Virus record (IMG/VR): IMGVR_UViG_3300030372_004173 | Location: 1 to 49,318 of that record | Direction: 5' to 3' (one strand) | DNA from: a virus | Lineage: Duplodnaviria; Caudoviricetes | DNA: 49,318 bases | Part shown: one piece after another, positions 1 to 8,805 of the stretch | Layout of the letters: each line of letters begins with the position of its first letter | How positions within the stretch are numbered: position 1 is the stretch's first letter | Notes under the pieces: model-generated | What the model was told of the DNA's origin: nothing | Databases searched by the model: none | What the model saw: the letters and a program-made list of their open reading frames with translations, nothing else | Program-made: the position numbers and the translations under genes

Positions 1-246
1 CACAATCAAGTTCAGACGTTAGAGGCCAAGCCCTCTGCGGAAGATATGGCAAAGGCTGCGGCCGTTGCCGAAGCAGAAGAAGAAGCAAAGAAGCCTCGCC
101 CTGCGGCGAAGCTGACCAATGGAGCAACTGGAGCCGCCCGACCTCAAGTTGCTAAGAAGTCAATGGGTGACGCTAAGTCATTCGATGAGATGAGAAGCCT
201 TGCCGCCGCACGAGCCCTGCGAGTGCATTCAGGTGGTAAGCAATAA
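1..246 (+). CDS. Probable scaffolding protein, C-terminal part (5'-truncated)
   Basis: Frame +1 is open from base 1 (HNQVQTLEAKPSAED-MAKAAA...). Ala/Glu/Lys-rich with a short C-terminal helix, directly upstream of the major capsid gene. Call is positional. Confidence 0.55.
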   Translation, partial: HNQVQTLEAKPSAEDMAKAAAVAEAEEEAKKPRPAAKLTNGATGAARPQVAKKSMGDAKSFDEMRSLAAARALRVHSGGKQ

Positions 247-290
247 ACCAACGGGGGAATTCTCCCCTCCCAGACAAGGAAGATTGAGAA

Positions 291-1367
291 ATGGCTATTT
301 CTCCTGATGTATTGCAGACTGCACTACAAGACTTGGCTCCGGGATATTCGGAGCTGTTCACCCAATATCATCCAATTATGGAGCGCGTTGTTAAGCGCGG
401 AAACATGGAGCGGGCAACACTTAAGGGCCCCTTCCGTGAATTCGTCGTGGTCGCAGGCGGTCCTGGTAACGTGACTCAGGTCCAAACGGGCTCCGAGATT
501 ATCACAGGCGGCCGTAACCAACAGGCTTCTCGTGGTAACGCTTACGGACCTCGCCTGATTTATGCGTTTGACGTGCCCGGCAAGGACTTGGCAGAGGCAA
601 ATGGCGAGAACGATCTGGCTAAGATCATTAAGCGCTATCCTGAATTGGCTCTGTCTGATTTCCACTCGCGCATTTCAGACCAGATTGCAGCCGGTAACGG
701 TGCTGGAGTCAACTCGTTCCCTACCTTTAACGGCGATGTTAACTACTTCTCCAACGGTAGCCGTGACGGTGTGTTCCAGTTTGCTGCTCCTGCTGCACAA
801 AACGACACCGTGTTTGGTCTGACCAAGCAAGGTGGCGCTGGCGGAGTTAACGGCTGGTTTAACCAGTACGGACAAATCTCCTCCTTTGCTACTGACGGTC
901 GTTCGACTTTGCGTCAGGTGTATTACGCTGCTTCTCGCCAAGGTGCGATGGCAACGGGTCCTGTTGACTTGCTCCTCGGTGATGAGGCTTCATATCTCAA
1001 CTACATCGACGATCTCGACGATCAGGTTCGCGTGATGAAGATCGAAGGCGACAAGGCACCCAAGGCTCTTCGCCAGGGTATTCCTTTCCTCGAGGCAGAT
1101 TTCTTCCTCGAAGAGTCCATCGACCTTACCCAGTTCACCAATGGTGGAGCCAACAACGGCGTTGTGTACATGATCAAGAGCGATACTTGGCATATGTTCA
1201 CTCTGGGCCACGATTCTGGCATGGAAACAAAGGGCGACTTCGCAATCCGAGGACCGTTCCGTATTCCTGAGCAGGATCTGTTCCGCTACGAGTATGTGCT
1301 CAACATGGGCTTGTACTGCGATCAGCTTCGTTCCAACGGTGTTGTCACCGGCGGCGCTACCCCATAA
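291..1367 (+). CDS. Major capsid protein (HK97 fold, P22-like module)
   Basis: 358 aa with capsid-like size, composition and C-terminus (YEYVLNMGLYCDQLRSNGVVTG). Lies between the scaffold-like and cement genes; leader ACAAGGAAG. Confidence 0.85.
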   Translation: MAISPDVLQTALQDLAPGYSELFTQYHPIMERVVKRGNMERATLKGPFREFVVVAGGPGNVTQVQTGSEIITGGRNQQASRGNAYGPRLIYAFDVPGKDLAEANGENDLAKIIKRYPELALSDFHSRISDQIAAGNGAGVNSFPTFNGDVNYFSNGSRDGVFQFAAPAAQNDTVFGLTKQGGAGGVNGWFNQYGQISSFATDGRSTLRQVYYAASRQGAMATGPVDLLLGDEASYLNYIDDLDDQVRVMKIEGDKAPKALRQGIPFLEADFFLEESIDLTQFTNGGANNGVVYMIKSDTWHMFTLGHDSGMETKGDFAIRGPFRIPEQDLFRYEYVLNMGLYCDQLRSNGVVTGGATP

Positions 1368-1394
1368 ACTTTTAGAGTCTTAAGGAGACTTATC

Positions 1395-1868
1395 ATGGCT
1401 ATTACAACTGCTGCTGGTATTACCAGCACTACAGTTACCACGACTCAGCAAGCTCCTCTGGGGTTTGAACTGGTTGTTCCCAACGGAGACCAAGGTGAGC
1501 AGGTTTACGTTTACATCTTTAATGATGAAGCTTCGAACCCTCTCGCTGTCGGAATGTTGGCTCAGATCGACACAGACTATGTGCCGTATCACGCAATCAT
1601 TTCGACTGGCCCCCACGCTGCCCAGAAGATCATCGGAGCCGCACAAACGGCTATTCCTGCTGGGTCTTATGGGTTCGTCCTCAAACGAGGTGTTGGCCTC
1701 GCTCAGGGAGACGGCAGCGTTGCCCAAGGCGAATCCATCGTAAGCCACTCAAGCGGCCAGGTAGATACGATGGCGGCTGGCGAAGAGCACCAGGTCATTG
1801 GCCTTGCTCTTGCCGCTGACGGCTCGGCTGGTGACACGTTTAGTGTGCTTCTCGACTGTCGCGGCTAA
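1395..1868 (+). CDS. Capsid cement/decoration protein
   Basis: 157 aa, Gly/Ala-rich beta protein (IIGAAQTAIPAGSYGFVLKRG; VIGLALAAD) right after the capsid gene; strong SD TAAGGAG. Confidence 0.7.
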   Translation: MAITTAAGITSTTVTTTQQAPLGFELVVPNGDQGEQVYVYIFNDEASNPLAVGMLAQIDTDYVPYHAIISTGPHAAQKIIGAAQTAIPAGSYGFVLKRGVGLAQGDGSVAQGESIVSHSSGQVDTMAAGEEHQVIGLALAADGSAGDTFSVLLDCRG

Positions 1869-1894
1869 TCCTGCCGAACTGTAGTAAACTTAGG

Positions 1895-1920
1895 AAGCAC
1901 CCCCTTTCGGGGGGGTGCTT
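1895..1920 (+). terminator. UUCG-capped hairpin after the capsid/cement genes (terminator or stabiliser)
   Basis: AAGCACCCCCT-TTCG-GGGGGGTGCTT, an 11-bp stem. The U-tail is weak, so read-through is likely. Confidence 0.7.
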
Positions 1921-1939
1921 ACCCTAATAGGAGTGTGTT

Positions 1940-3514
1940 GTGAACCTTAAAGACATCCGAGACGCTATTTTCTCTCAGGCTGACTGGGCTCCAACGCAAT
2001 CCACCGACGCTAAAGACAGAGTCGACGCCTTTATCAATCGGGCCTACCTGCAAATGGCAGAAGAGGCCCCTTTCTTGTTTTTTGAGCAGACGATTCCGTT
2101 TGCCACAATGCCCGACATTACCGCAAGCGATGCTGTGCCAGACACCCTGGAAGTTGCGTCTACAGACCCTTTTGTGTTGTCTCGGACAGTAGCCGCAACA
2201 GCGGGGGGTGTTGCCTGGCGAACGGATGGGTATTGGAATGGCCGCATGATCGAGATTACCCGTGCTGATGGTACTCGATATCGACGACGCATCCGCGATG
2301 TTTGGACCGAACCCGGAGGGGGCTCTCCCCAACATCGGCTTTCTTTATACCAACCGTGGCCGAATCGAACCGACACCGGGCTTGAGTACAGGATTTACAA
2401 CCAAGCGTACTACTTGCCCCAAGACGTTATTCAAGTCAATTCAGTGCGTTTGTATGACCAAAATCAGAACTGGCCTTTGCAGGTCGTTGGGCAATACGAA
2501 GCTGAGATGCTTTCTCTTAAGGACATGCCCAACCGGCAAGTTACTGGAATTCCACGTACAATTTTCCGAGATGGTCATTTTCAACTCGAAGCCCCCACCC
2601 TAGTCCCTACAGTGGCTCCCAAAGCGGGAGACGAAGTTGTCGATAATTGGGTTGGGCCTGACGCTGCGGGCCAATTTGAGTATGTGTATACCTATATTTG
2701 GGGATACAGAGATGGGGATATCGTAAACGGAACTCACGTCCAAAATCACAACCCAAAACATAGTCTAATTGCCGCTCAGGGAACTCCCGCTGCTCGACCC
2801 ATCCCACGGTGGGAAAGCGCTCCGAGTCCTGTTGCTACAGGCACTACGACAAATGGTGGTCGTGGACTTTTAATTACGACTCCTGATCTGGACTTTATGG
2901 AAGGGTTTGGGCAAAACCCCGGCGGTGGCGCTAATGTCCGATACCAGCATGGTGGTTTAAGAAAACGGATTTACCGTAAACGAAAAACCTTAGACACTGC
3001 TACTCCGGGAAGTTTTACCCACACGGGAGCGGCGTACCCCGGCCAGTTTAATCAAGAACGGCCAGACGCTTTTTTTCTACTCGCTGATATTCCTGCGTAT
3101 CAGACAACTTATCTAGATCAAGGACTTATTGTCCCCGACTACCGTCACCGTCTTCGAGAAGTTCATGGGTATCAATCCATTCGAATGAACCCCCGTCCCG
3201 ACAGGCGGTACGAAGTAGAAGTTCGGTGTACCAGACGTCCTAAAATTTTAGAAGATGACCAAGACGTTCCAGTCATCCACAAAGATGGCATGACTTGTCT
3301 ATTGCAGAAATCTATTGCACTGCTTTATGAGGCCCAAGGCGACATTAATCTCGCTGACCGGGCCCTGGGCAGATACCAAGAAGCGTTATTTACTCTCACC
3401 AAAAGGTACGGAGATCTACGATATCCGGCCACCCCACTCAAACGACGTCCAGCGCGTGCTTCTTATGTCCTCGACGGACTGGAGCCATTCCGGCGTTGGT
3501 ACACCCTTCCATAG
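1940..3514 (+). CDS. Head-tail adaptor (tail tubular A-like) with large insertion
   Basis: N-terminus MNLKDIRDAI...DAFINRAY and C-terminal helices (IALLYEAQGD...YQEAL) are typical of adaptors; 524 aa; expected position. Confidence 0.65.
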   Translation: MNLKDIRDAIFSQADWAPTQSTDAKDRVDAFINRAYLQMAEEAPFLFFEQTIPFATMPDITASDAVPDTLEVASTDPFVLSRTVAATAGGVAWRTDGYWNGRMIEITRADGTRYRRRIRDVWTEPGGGSPQHRLSLYQPWPNRTDTGLEYRIYNQAYYLPQDVIQVNSVRLYDQNQNWPLQVVGQYEAEMLSLKDMPNRQVTGIPRTIFRDGHFQLEAPTLVPTVAPKAGDEVVDNWVGPDAAGQFEYVYTYIWGYRDGDIVNGTHVQNHNPKHSLIAAQGTPAARPIPRWESAPSPVATGTTTNGGRGLLITTPDLDFMEGFGQNPGGGANVRYQHGGLRKRIYRKRKTLDTATPGSFTHTGAAYPGQFNQERPDAFFLLADIPAYQTTYLDQGLIVPDYRHRLREVHGYQSIRMNPRPDRRYEVEVRCTRRPKILEDDQDVPVIHKDGMTCLLQKSIALLYEAQGDINLADRALGRYQEALFTLTKRYGDLRYPATPLKRRPARASYVLDGLEPFRRWYTLP

Positions 3515-3522
3515 GAAATCTA

Positions 3523-3792
3523 ATGGCTATCGACACCCCAATTATTGCAGGCGAAGTTTACGTTAGTGAATTCAACGGAGCGCCCGAAGAGATCGTCTGC
3601 GTTGCAACCGCAATTGTCCAAGGCAAAAAGTACGGCCTCTTTCGTCGAGTCAACATGGCTTTTGATCGGTTTGAAGAAAACTCTGACGATATGGTCGGAT
3701 GGGATCTTAAAGAAAAAAAGAAGGCTCCGTCTACCGTCGCTAAAAAACCAGGACGTCCTAAGAAATCACAAGTCGTAGCTGTCGCTAAGTAG
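3523..3792 (+). CDS. Hypothetical protein with basic tail
   Basis: ATG at 3523 after AGGA; ends in KKPGRPKK; fills the gap between structural genes. Confidence 0.6.
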   Translation: MAIDTPIIAGEVYVSEFNGAPEEIVCVATAIVQGKKYGLFRRVNMAFDRFEENSDDMVGWDLKEKKKAPSTVAKKPGRPKKSQVVAVAK

Positions 3793-3800
3793 GAGCAGCC

Positions 3801-6065
3801 ATGGCGTACACCGGAAACCGCGCAAGACGTGGGCCCCTCCTGATCCGAGCCGAATCTGGGAAGCTACTGCTCCCCCAGGATATTGGTTCCAAGATCGAGA
3901 ATATGTATCTCACGAAGGAAGGAACGCTCCGGTCTATCTGGGGTCCTGCTCCATACGTCCCCCATTACGGCAATGTCGTCAATTCGGTGTACCCCCACTA
4001 TGGGACGATGTATGGGATCTTCCACGCCCGACTGGGCAATGAGGGAAGCCGGGAGGTTCTCCTAGCCCAATGGAATAATGCTGTTTACGTCTTTGAGGGC
4101 TGGAATGCGAGGGCGGGAAATGCGTGGAGAGCCCTTGCTGGGCCATCCGCCAGTTCTCCAGATCTTGAAGTAGAGATCTTAGCAGATAATCGAGCAAGGT
4201 TTCCGCCGCAGTGGGAGGTTACTCCGCAGGGGATTGTAATTATTCCAAAAGGAGAAAATGCCCGTCCTCTCTTTTACGATGGAAATATCATTTTGCCCCT
4301 TGGGTATGACTCTGTCCCCGGCACCCCAACAGGTTGGGGGCCTAAGTCAGGAGGCGAAAACTATTACTACCATACAGGTACAGGAGCAAAGCTGGGTAAT
4401 TCATCTTCCGGAAACGATGCTCCCATTGGCCTTACTGTCGGGAAATTACCGACAGAATTTGGAGAAGGTCGAGTAGGAACAATCGAATTGGGAGATAACA
4501 ACACCACCGCTCTTTCTGAGGGAGAAGCTACGGGTCGTGTTTCCCAAGGGCGGTACAGAGCAGCAGCCCAGCTAATAGATATTTGGGGTAATCTCTCCCC
4601 GATTTCAGGACGTAGTATAGATCTTATTGTTCCAAGAACAGGTAATGTGTTCGAGCCTGAAAAATGCCTTCCTCAACTTCTTTGGGATTCCTTACCTATT
4701 GGATCAAACGGAACTGTTGGAAGATCTGTTTTACGGACAAAAGACCTCGAAAACGCAGATACTCAAGATCTTTTTGAGCTTCCCCCAAATAGCGCAGAGG
4801 GTGTTTTAGCCTTTGCGACAATTCCGGATAATGTCTCTCAGATGTACCCGGACAACTGTCCCGATAGTTGGCTAATCACAAAACCCGCTACTCCCGTTCC
4901 AGTTACCCCGTTCAAGTTGTATAAAACAGCCTTCGGTCGAGGATGGGCAGCGAACTTCCAAGGAGATCCCGGTCGTTTGCACCCCACAATGCCTGGTCGG
5001 TTTGGGACTTTCTTAGAAGGCAAAGAGATCTACCCTGACCCTCGGGGGGCTGAGATTACTGGGCTGTACCCAATGCCTGGTGGGCTTCTGACTTTCACAG
5101 AAACTACGACGTTCTTGGTCGCATTCAATGACTATGCTCGGGACGAGTTCTTTGTACAGACAATCCACCCTACTATTGGGTGTGTTGCTCCTTCTTCTAT
5201 CGCTGTAATGCCAGATGGAATGATTATTTGGTTAAGCCAGGACGGCTTCTACGGAATGAAAGACAACCAAATTAGTCCCGTATCCGATTCCATTGAGTAT
5301 CAACTCCGACGAATTAACCGGGCTCGAATGGTTCAAGCTTGCGCTGCTTACGATGTCCACGAGAAGAAATACCGTTGCTGGCTTCCGATGGAAGCGTCGA
5401 AAGAAAACAACGTATGCTGGGAGTTCGACGGTGCGGGCTGGACTCAAAGAACAGACACTAAAGCGGCCGATGTTTGTGTGACCCAAGATCATCGGGCATA
5501 CATGCTTGTTTCAGGCAAGTCAACCAAACTGGGTGGTGGACTTAATCCGAGTCCCGTAGACGTTTCAGGTGTTTGGTTGCTGGACCATCAAGTCCGAACT
5601 TTTACTCCAATTGCTAGATCGGCAATTATAGAAACTTGTTGGATCGGCGGTCCCGACACTGACGGACGAGCTTCTCCTAAGACTGTGTATTTGTGGCTCC
5701 GGGAAACCACCAAAGAAGAAGACGGTCTTCCCGGCTTAGGGCCTGGGCCTGCTGATCGTGGAATCCTTTCTGTTACAGTAGAGCGGGATTGGCGCACCGA
5801 TACAAAGTACGCCACAACCGTAAAGTTGTATCCGACTGATGACGAGCCTCCCTTCTGGGGCATAACTACTTATGGGGGCACAACGGCTGGCGGGAATACC
5901 GCTCGTTGGGATCGGCGGCGCCCATACCATACACGAGCAGACATTTTCTTGCCCTCCTGCGAGACGTTTCGTCTTAGAATTCAATATGTAGGAGATTGGG
6001 AGTTTCTTGGACTTTCCGTAGATGAAGTCAGCCGAGACGACACTTTCAGGAGCTATCCGAAATGA
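3801..6065 (+). CDS. Tail nozzle / packaged-DNA stabilisation protein (P22 gp10 / tail tubular B-like)
   Basis: 754 aa with N-terminal IENMYLTKEGTLR and beta-propeller-type IGCVAPSSI...IIWLSQDGFY...SDSI segment; SD AGGAG. Confidence 0.75.
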   Translation: MAYTGNRARRGPLLIRAESGKLLLPQDIGSKIENMYLTKEGTLRSIWGPAPYVPHYGNVVNSVYPHYGTMYGIFHARLGNEGSREVLLAQWNNAVYVFEGWNARAGNAWRALAGPSASSPDLEVEILADNRARFPPQWEVTPQGIVIIPKGENARPLFYDGNIILPLGYDSVPGTPTGWGPKSGGENYYYHTGTGAKLGNSSSGNDAPIGLTVGKLPTEFGEGRVGTIELGDNNTTALSEGEATGRVSQGRYRAAAQLIDIWGNLSPISGRSIDLIVPRTGNVFEPEKCLPQLLWDSLPIGSNGTVGRSVLRTKDLENADTQDLFELPPNSAEGVLAFATIPDNVSQMYPDNCPDSWLITKPATPVPVTPFKLYKTAFGRGWAANFQGDPGRLHPTMPGRFGTFLEGKEIYPDPRGAEITGLYPMPGGLLTFTETTTFLVAFNDYARDEFFVQTIHPTIGCVAPSSIAVMPDGMIIWLSQDGFYGMKDNQISPVSDSIEYQLRRINRARMVQACAAYDVHEKKYRCWLPMEASKENNVCWEFDGAGWTQRTDTKAADVCVTQDHRAYMLVSGKSTKLGGGLNPSPVDVSGVWLLDHQVRTFTPIARSAIIETCWIGGPDTDGRASPKTVYLWLRETTKEEDGLPGLGPGPADRGILSVTVERDWRTDTKYATTVKLYPTDDEPPFWGITTYGGTTAGGNTARWDRRRPYHTRADIFLPSCETFRLRIQYVGDWEFLGLSVDEVSRDDTFRSYPK

Positions 6066-6784
6066 GTTGGAAATTTCCGAAGCATCCCCTCAAGGACAAC
6101 AGAGTTCCTGACGCCGATGAGATGAACGAGAACTTTCTTGCTTCGGGCCAAGAGCTTGTAGGTCGCCTCAACGAACACAACTTCAAAGCAAACACGTTTA
6201 CTCAAGCTAATGTTTCTACCAGAGCGGCATTTGTCTGGCATGTAGGAGTGGGGATAGACGGTCCTGGAGGAGCGGGAAACCAGGATAGAAACTATATTCC
6301 ATACTCGTTTGGGCCTTCTGGCTATAACGCCCACGACGACACAAAGACCCATTTTTTAGTTTTTGCAGAAACCCAGAGTTGGCAAGAAGTATCAGATTCT
6401 GTTCTCGAGTTTAGTTCTTCGAGTTGTCTTGCTCAGATTCATGCGTCTGCCCAAATCTGGGTAGATGGGGGGATTAGCACTCTCGGTCCCGGTTCTGGAT
6501 TTAGGACTACTGATTTTTTCGAACCATGCCAACCTCAAATGGCAATTAAGGTAGACGGAGTAGTTATCCCAGAAACAATCACTGGTGGGGTGGAGACATC
6601 GCAAGACGAATACCTGGGAATTCGGCCAAAGCAATTTGCTATGCCGGGTTTAACTTCTGTTGTGCTCCCCCTCCCCCCCGGCCCTCACCGGATCGCAATT
6701 GTAGTTCGTTCTGCGGGAGTCCCAAAAGGGCGGGCATTTCGGGTTGCAGCCAATGAATTAATTTGTCTTGAAATGAGGGTTTAA
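6062..6784 (+). CDS. Putative tail/virion protein
   Basis: ATGA overlap with the nozzle gene; fibre-like N-terminal motif DADEMNENF; beta-rich C-terminus. Confidence 0.6.
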   Translation: MSWKFPKHPLKDNRVPDADEMNENFLASGQELVGRLNEHNFKANTFTQANVSTRAAFVWHVGVGIDGPGGAGNQDRNYIPYSFGPSGYNAHDDTKTHFLVFAETQSWQEVSDSVLEFSSSSCLAQIHASAQIWVDGGISTLGPGSGFRTTDFFEPCQPQMAIKVDGVVIPETITGGVETSQDEYLGIRPKQFAMPGLTSVVLPLPPGPHRIAIVVRSAGVPKGRAFRVAANELICLEMRV

Positions 6785-6785
6785 A

Positions 6786-7541
6786 ATGGCCGAGCTTACT
6801 TATGATAGTTTGGATCCGGGAGAGGAACTTACGGGCGCTTCTCTCACTACTCGATTCGCGTCGATAACTACTGTTATCAATGATTTAGATCCTCTAACTT
6901 TTTCTCCCGGCGCTCTTAACGAAGCCCACATTCCCAGCCTAGTCCAGGCCAAAGCAACCATCAGTCGACTGGGCACAGTACAGTACGACAATAACTCCAC
7001 AGGTTCTCGGCACTATCCCCAGCCTCTCGATGGGACAGATACGAGTGGGGTGTTTGATGTCATTAATATTGGCGGAAATTTGGAGGTAGATCTTGGAGTT
7101 CTTCAAATTCCAGGAGGTACGGTTGGAGGAGTCCTTGCTACTGTTGACATTACTATGGTTCGGTTGGAGGTAAAATCGGGCGGGAGTTATACTTCCCCAC
7201 AAACTCACAATCCCCTGATGTGGGTGGCTTTTAGGCTTGAGCACTCCGTCAACGGAAGTTCTTGGACGACCATCCCCAAGACCCAAAGGGTGGTCCATGA
7301 CGGGTCTCCGATTGATTATAACCCAGACTCCCCCAAGAACCTCCTCAATCAGACTTACAGTACGGAACAAAATTCCAGAGTAGGAATTACTACTTTAATT
7401 ACTGCGGCTGATGCTCCGAGCGGTCTTCGCTACGTTCGCGCTGTCGTCTCTGTCTTTGGCAGCGCGAATCCGGCAACGGTACGGGTAACACTCGGGGATT
7501 CGCACCTTACGGCAATTTCTCTTCGATCTTCTTTGGGCTAA
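6786..7541 (+). CDS. Putative tail/virion protein
   Basis: N-terminus PGEELTGASLTTRF...LNEAH resembles the neighbouring genes; beta-rich. Confidence 0.6.
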   Translation: MAELTYDSLDPGEELTGASLTTRFASITTVINDLDPLTFSPGALNEAHIPSLVQAKATISRLGTVQYDNNSTGSRHYPQPLDGTDTSGVFDVINIGGNLEVDLGVLQIPGGTVGGVLATVDITMVRLEVKSGGSYTSPQTHNPLMWVAFRLEHSVNGSSWTTIPKTQRVVHDGSPIDYNPDSPKNLLNQTYSTEQNSRVGITTLITAADAPSGLRYVRAVVSVFGSANPATVRVTLGDSHLTAISLRSSLG

Positions 7542-7543
7542 TT

Positions 7544-8215
7544 ATGAGTGATATTACCCTACCCCACCCCACGTTTACTGATGGAAACACACTGGTAGCA
7601 GACGATGTGTGGGAGAACTTATATACGACTGAGAATACTCCCAATTCCTTTGAAGTAATTAACGGAGGTCTTGAAGCCGCAAATGTTGTCGCTCCGATAA
7701 CTAATTCTTTAATAACCGAAACAATTCGACCTGGATCCCTCTCTGGGGGAAAGGGTGTTGGGGCGACTGCCAACCTCGACTATTTTGAAAACGCTTTCGG
7801 GGACTGGGTAAGCAACCCAAATTCGGACGCTACTGGGGATATTGATTCCTTTTACCAACCAATTCCAGGAGCGGCTGTTAGTTTCTACCTGCCTTACGCT
7901 GCCGATTCTTTGTTTCTTTTCTGGAGGATAAAGTCAATTACCCTACAAGCTGCGCCTGACGGGGAACACGTAAGTGTGATTCGGTTGTTTGTAGACAACA
8001 CTCGAATCGACGCTGTTTATCAGGAGCTTCCTAAATACATCGCTCCCCTTCTGGGAGGAGGATTAGTAGGGCGAGAGTGGGCAGGGCACTACTTAAAAAC
8101 TTCTGGACTCTCGAAAGGGTGGCACTCTGCTTCGCTAAGGATTGCAGTAGACATGAAAAACACATCACACGTCCGAGTCCAAGTTCGGAATTTTAATTAT
8201 GTATACTTCCGATAG
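7544..8215 (+). CDS. Putative tail/virion protein
   Basis: N-terminus FTDGNTLVADDVWENL; C-terminal GWHSASLRI strand. Confidence 0.6.
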   Translation: MSDITLPHPTFTDGNTLVADDVWENLYTTENTPNSFEVINGGLEAANVVAPITNSLITETIRPGSLSGGKGVGATANLDYFENAFGDWVSNPNSDATGDIDSFYQPIPGAAVSFYLPYAADSLFLFWRIKSITLQAAPDGEHVSVIRLFVDNTRIDAVYQELPKYIAPLLGGGLVGREWAGHYLKTSGLSKGWHSASLRIAVDMKNTSHVRVQVRNFNYVYFR

Positions 8216-8220
8216 AGGAA

Positions 8221-8805
8221 ATGAAAATGGCGACTAGCTACAGCATGGGGAAACGCGCACAAGACCAAGCGTTTCGAAAAGCTTCTTCATTATTAGCGGC
8301 AGGCGGCCCTTCTGCGAGTAGTTCTGCCGCGAAGAGAAGACAGTATGCTGGAGAAGCTCGAGATGCCGCAGGACGTGAACTTGGATCTGTTGCAGGCGCT
8401 GTGGCCCAAACACAACTGACAGATCCCCGTACAGGCGCTCCTGGACAGCAAACTCCAGCAGACATTGCCCGCCAACAAGCTGAATTTGCCCAAGCAGCGC
8501 AGGGTGCTGCGGCTGACCGAGTAACAGCAGAGAATCAGGCAATGATGGAGCAAGCCCGAAAAACAGTGGCTCAAGAAATGGCAGAAAGGAGAGCCAGGAG
8601 AGCAAGGGCTCTCGCTATTGGCGCTTCTCTTGCTCTTCCCGCTCTTGGGCCTGTTTCTGGTGCTCTTGGCGCTGCTGCGGCCAAAGCGGCCGAAGGCTCT
8701 TTTAAACGAAATCTTATGTCTGGTGCCTCGCAATACCTTAGTTCTCTGCAATCTCAATATGGCGGCGGCGGTAACAGTAGCGGCGCAAGCAATGGAGAAT
8801 CCTAA
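8221..8805 (+). CDS. Putative ejection/internal virion protein (small)
   Basis: Ala/Gln-rich and helical with a hydrophobic Gly/Ala segment; first of three genes of increasing size. Confidence 0.55.
   Translation: MKMATSYSMGKRAQDQAFRKASSLLAAGGPSASSSAAKRRQYAGEARDAAGRELGSVAGAVAQTQLTDPRTGAPGQQTPADIARQQAEFAQAAQGAAADRVTAENQAMMEQARKTVAQEMAERRARRARALAIGASLALPALGPVSGALGAAAAKAAEGSFKRNLMSGASQYLSSLQSQYGGGGNSSGASNGES

Noticed and set aside
1883-1891. AGTAAACTT shared with the interior of the hairpin at 29711-29719
   Set aside because: Only 9 nt and in the same sense on the two transcripts; consistent with chance.
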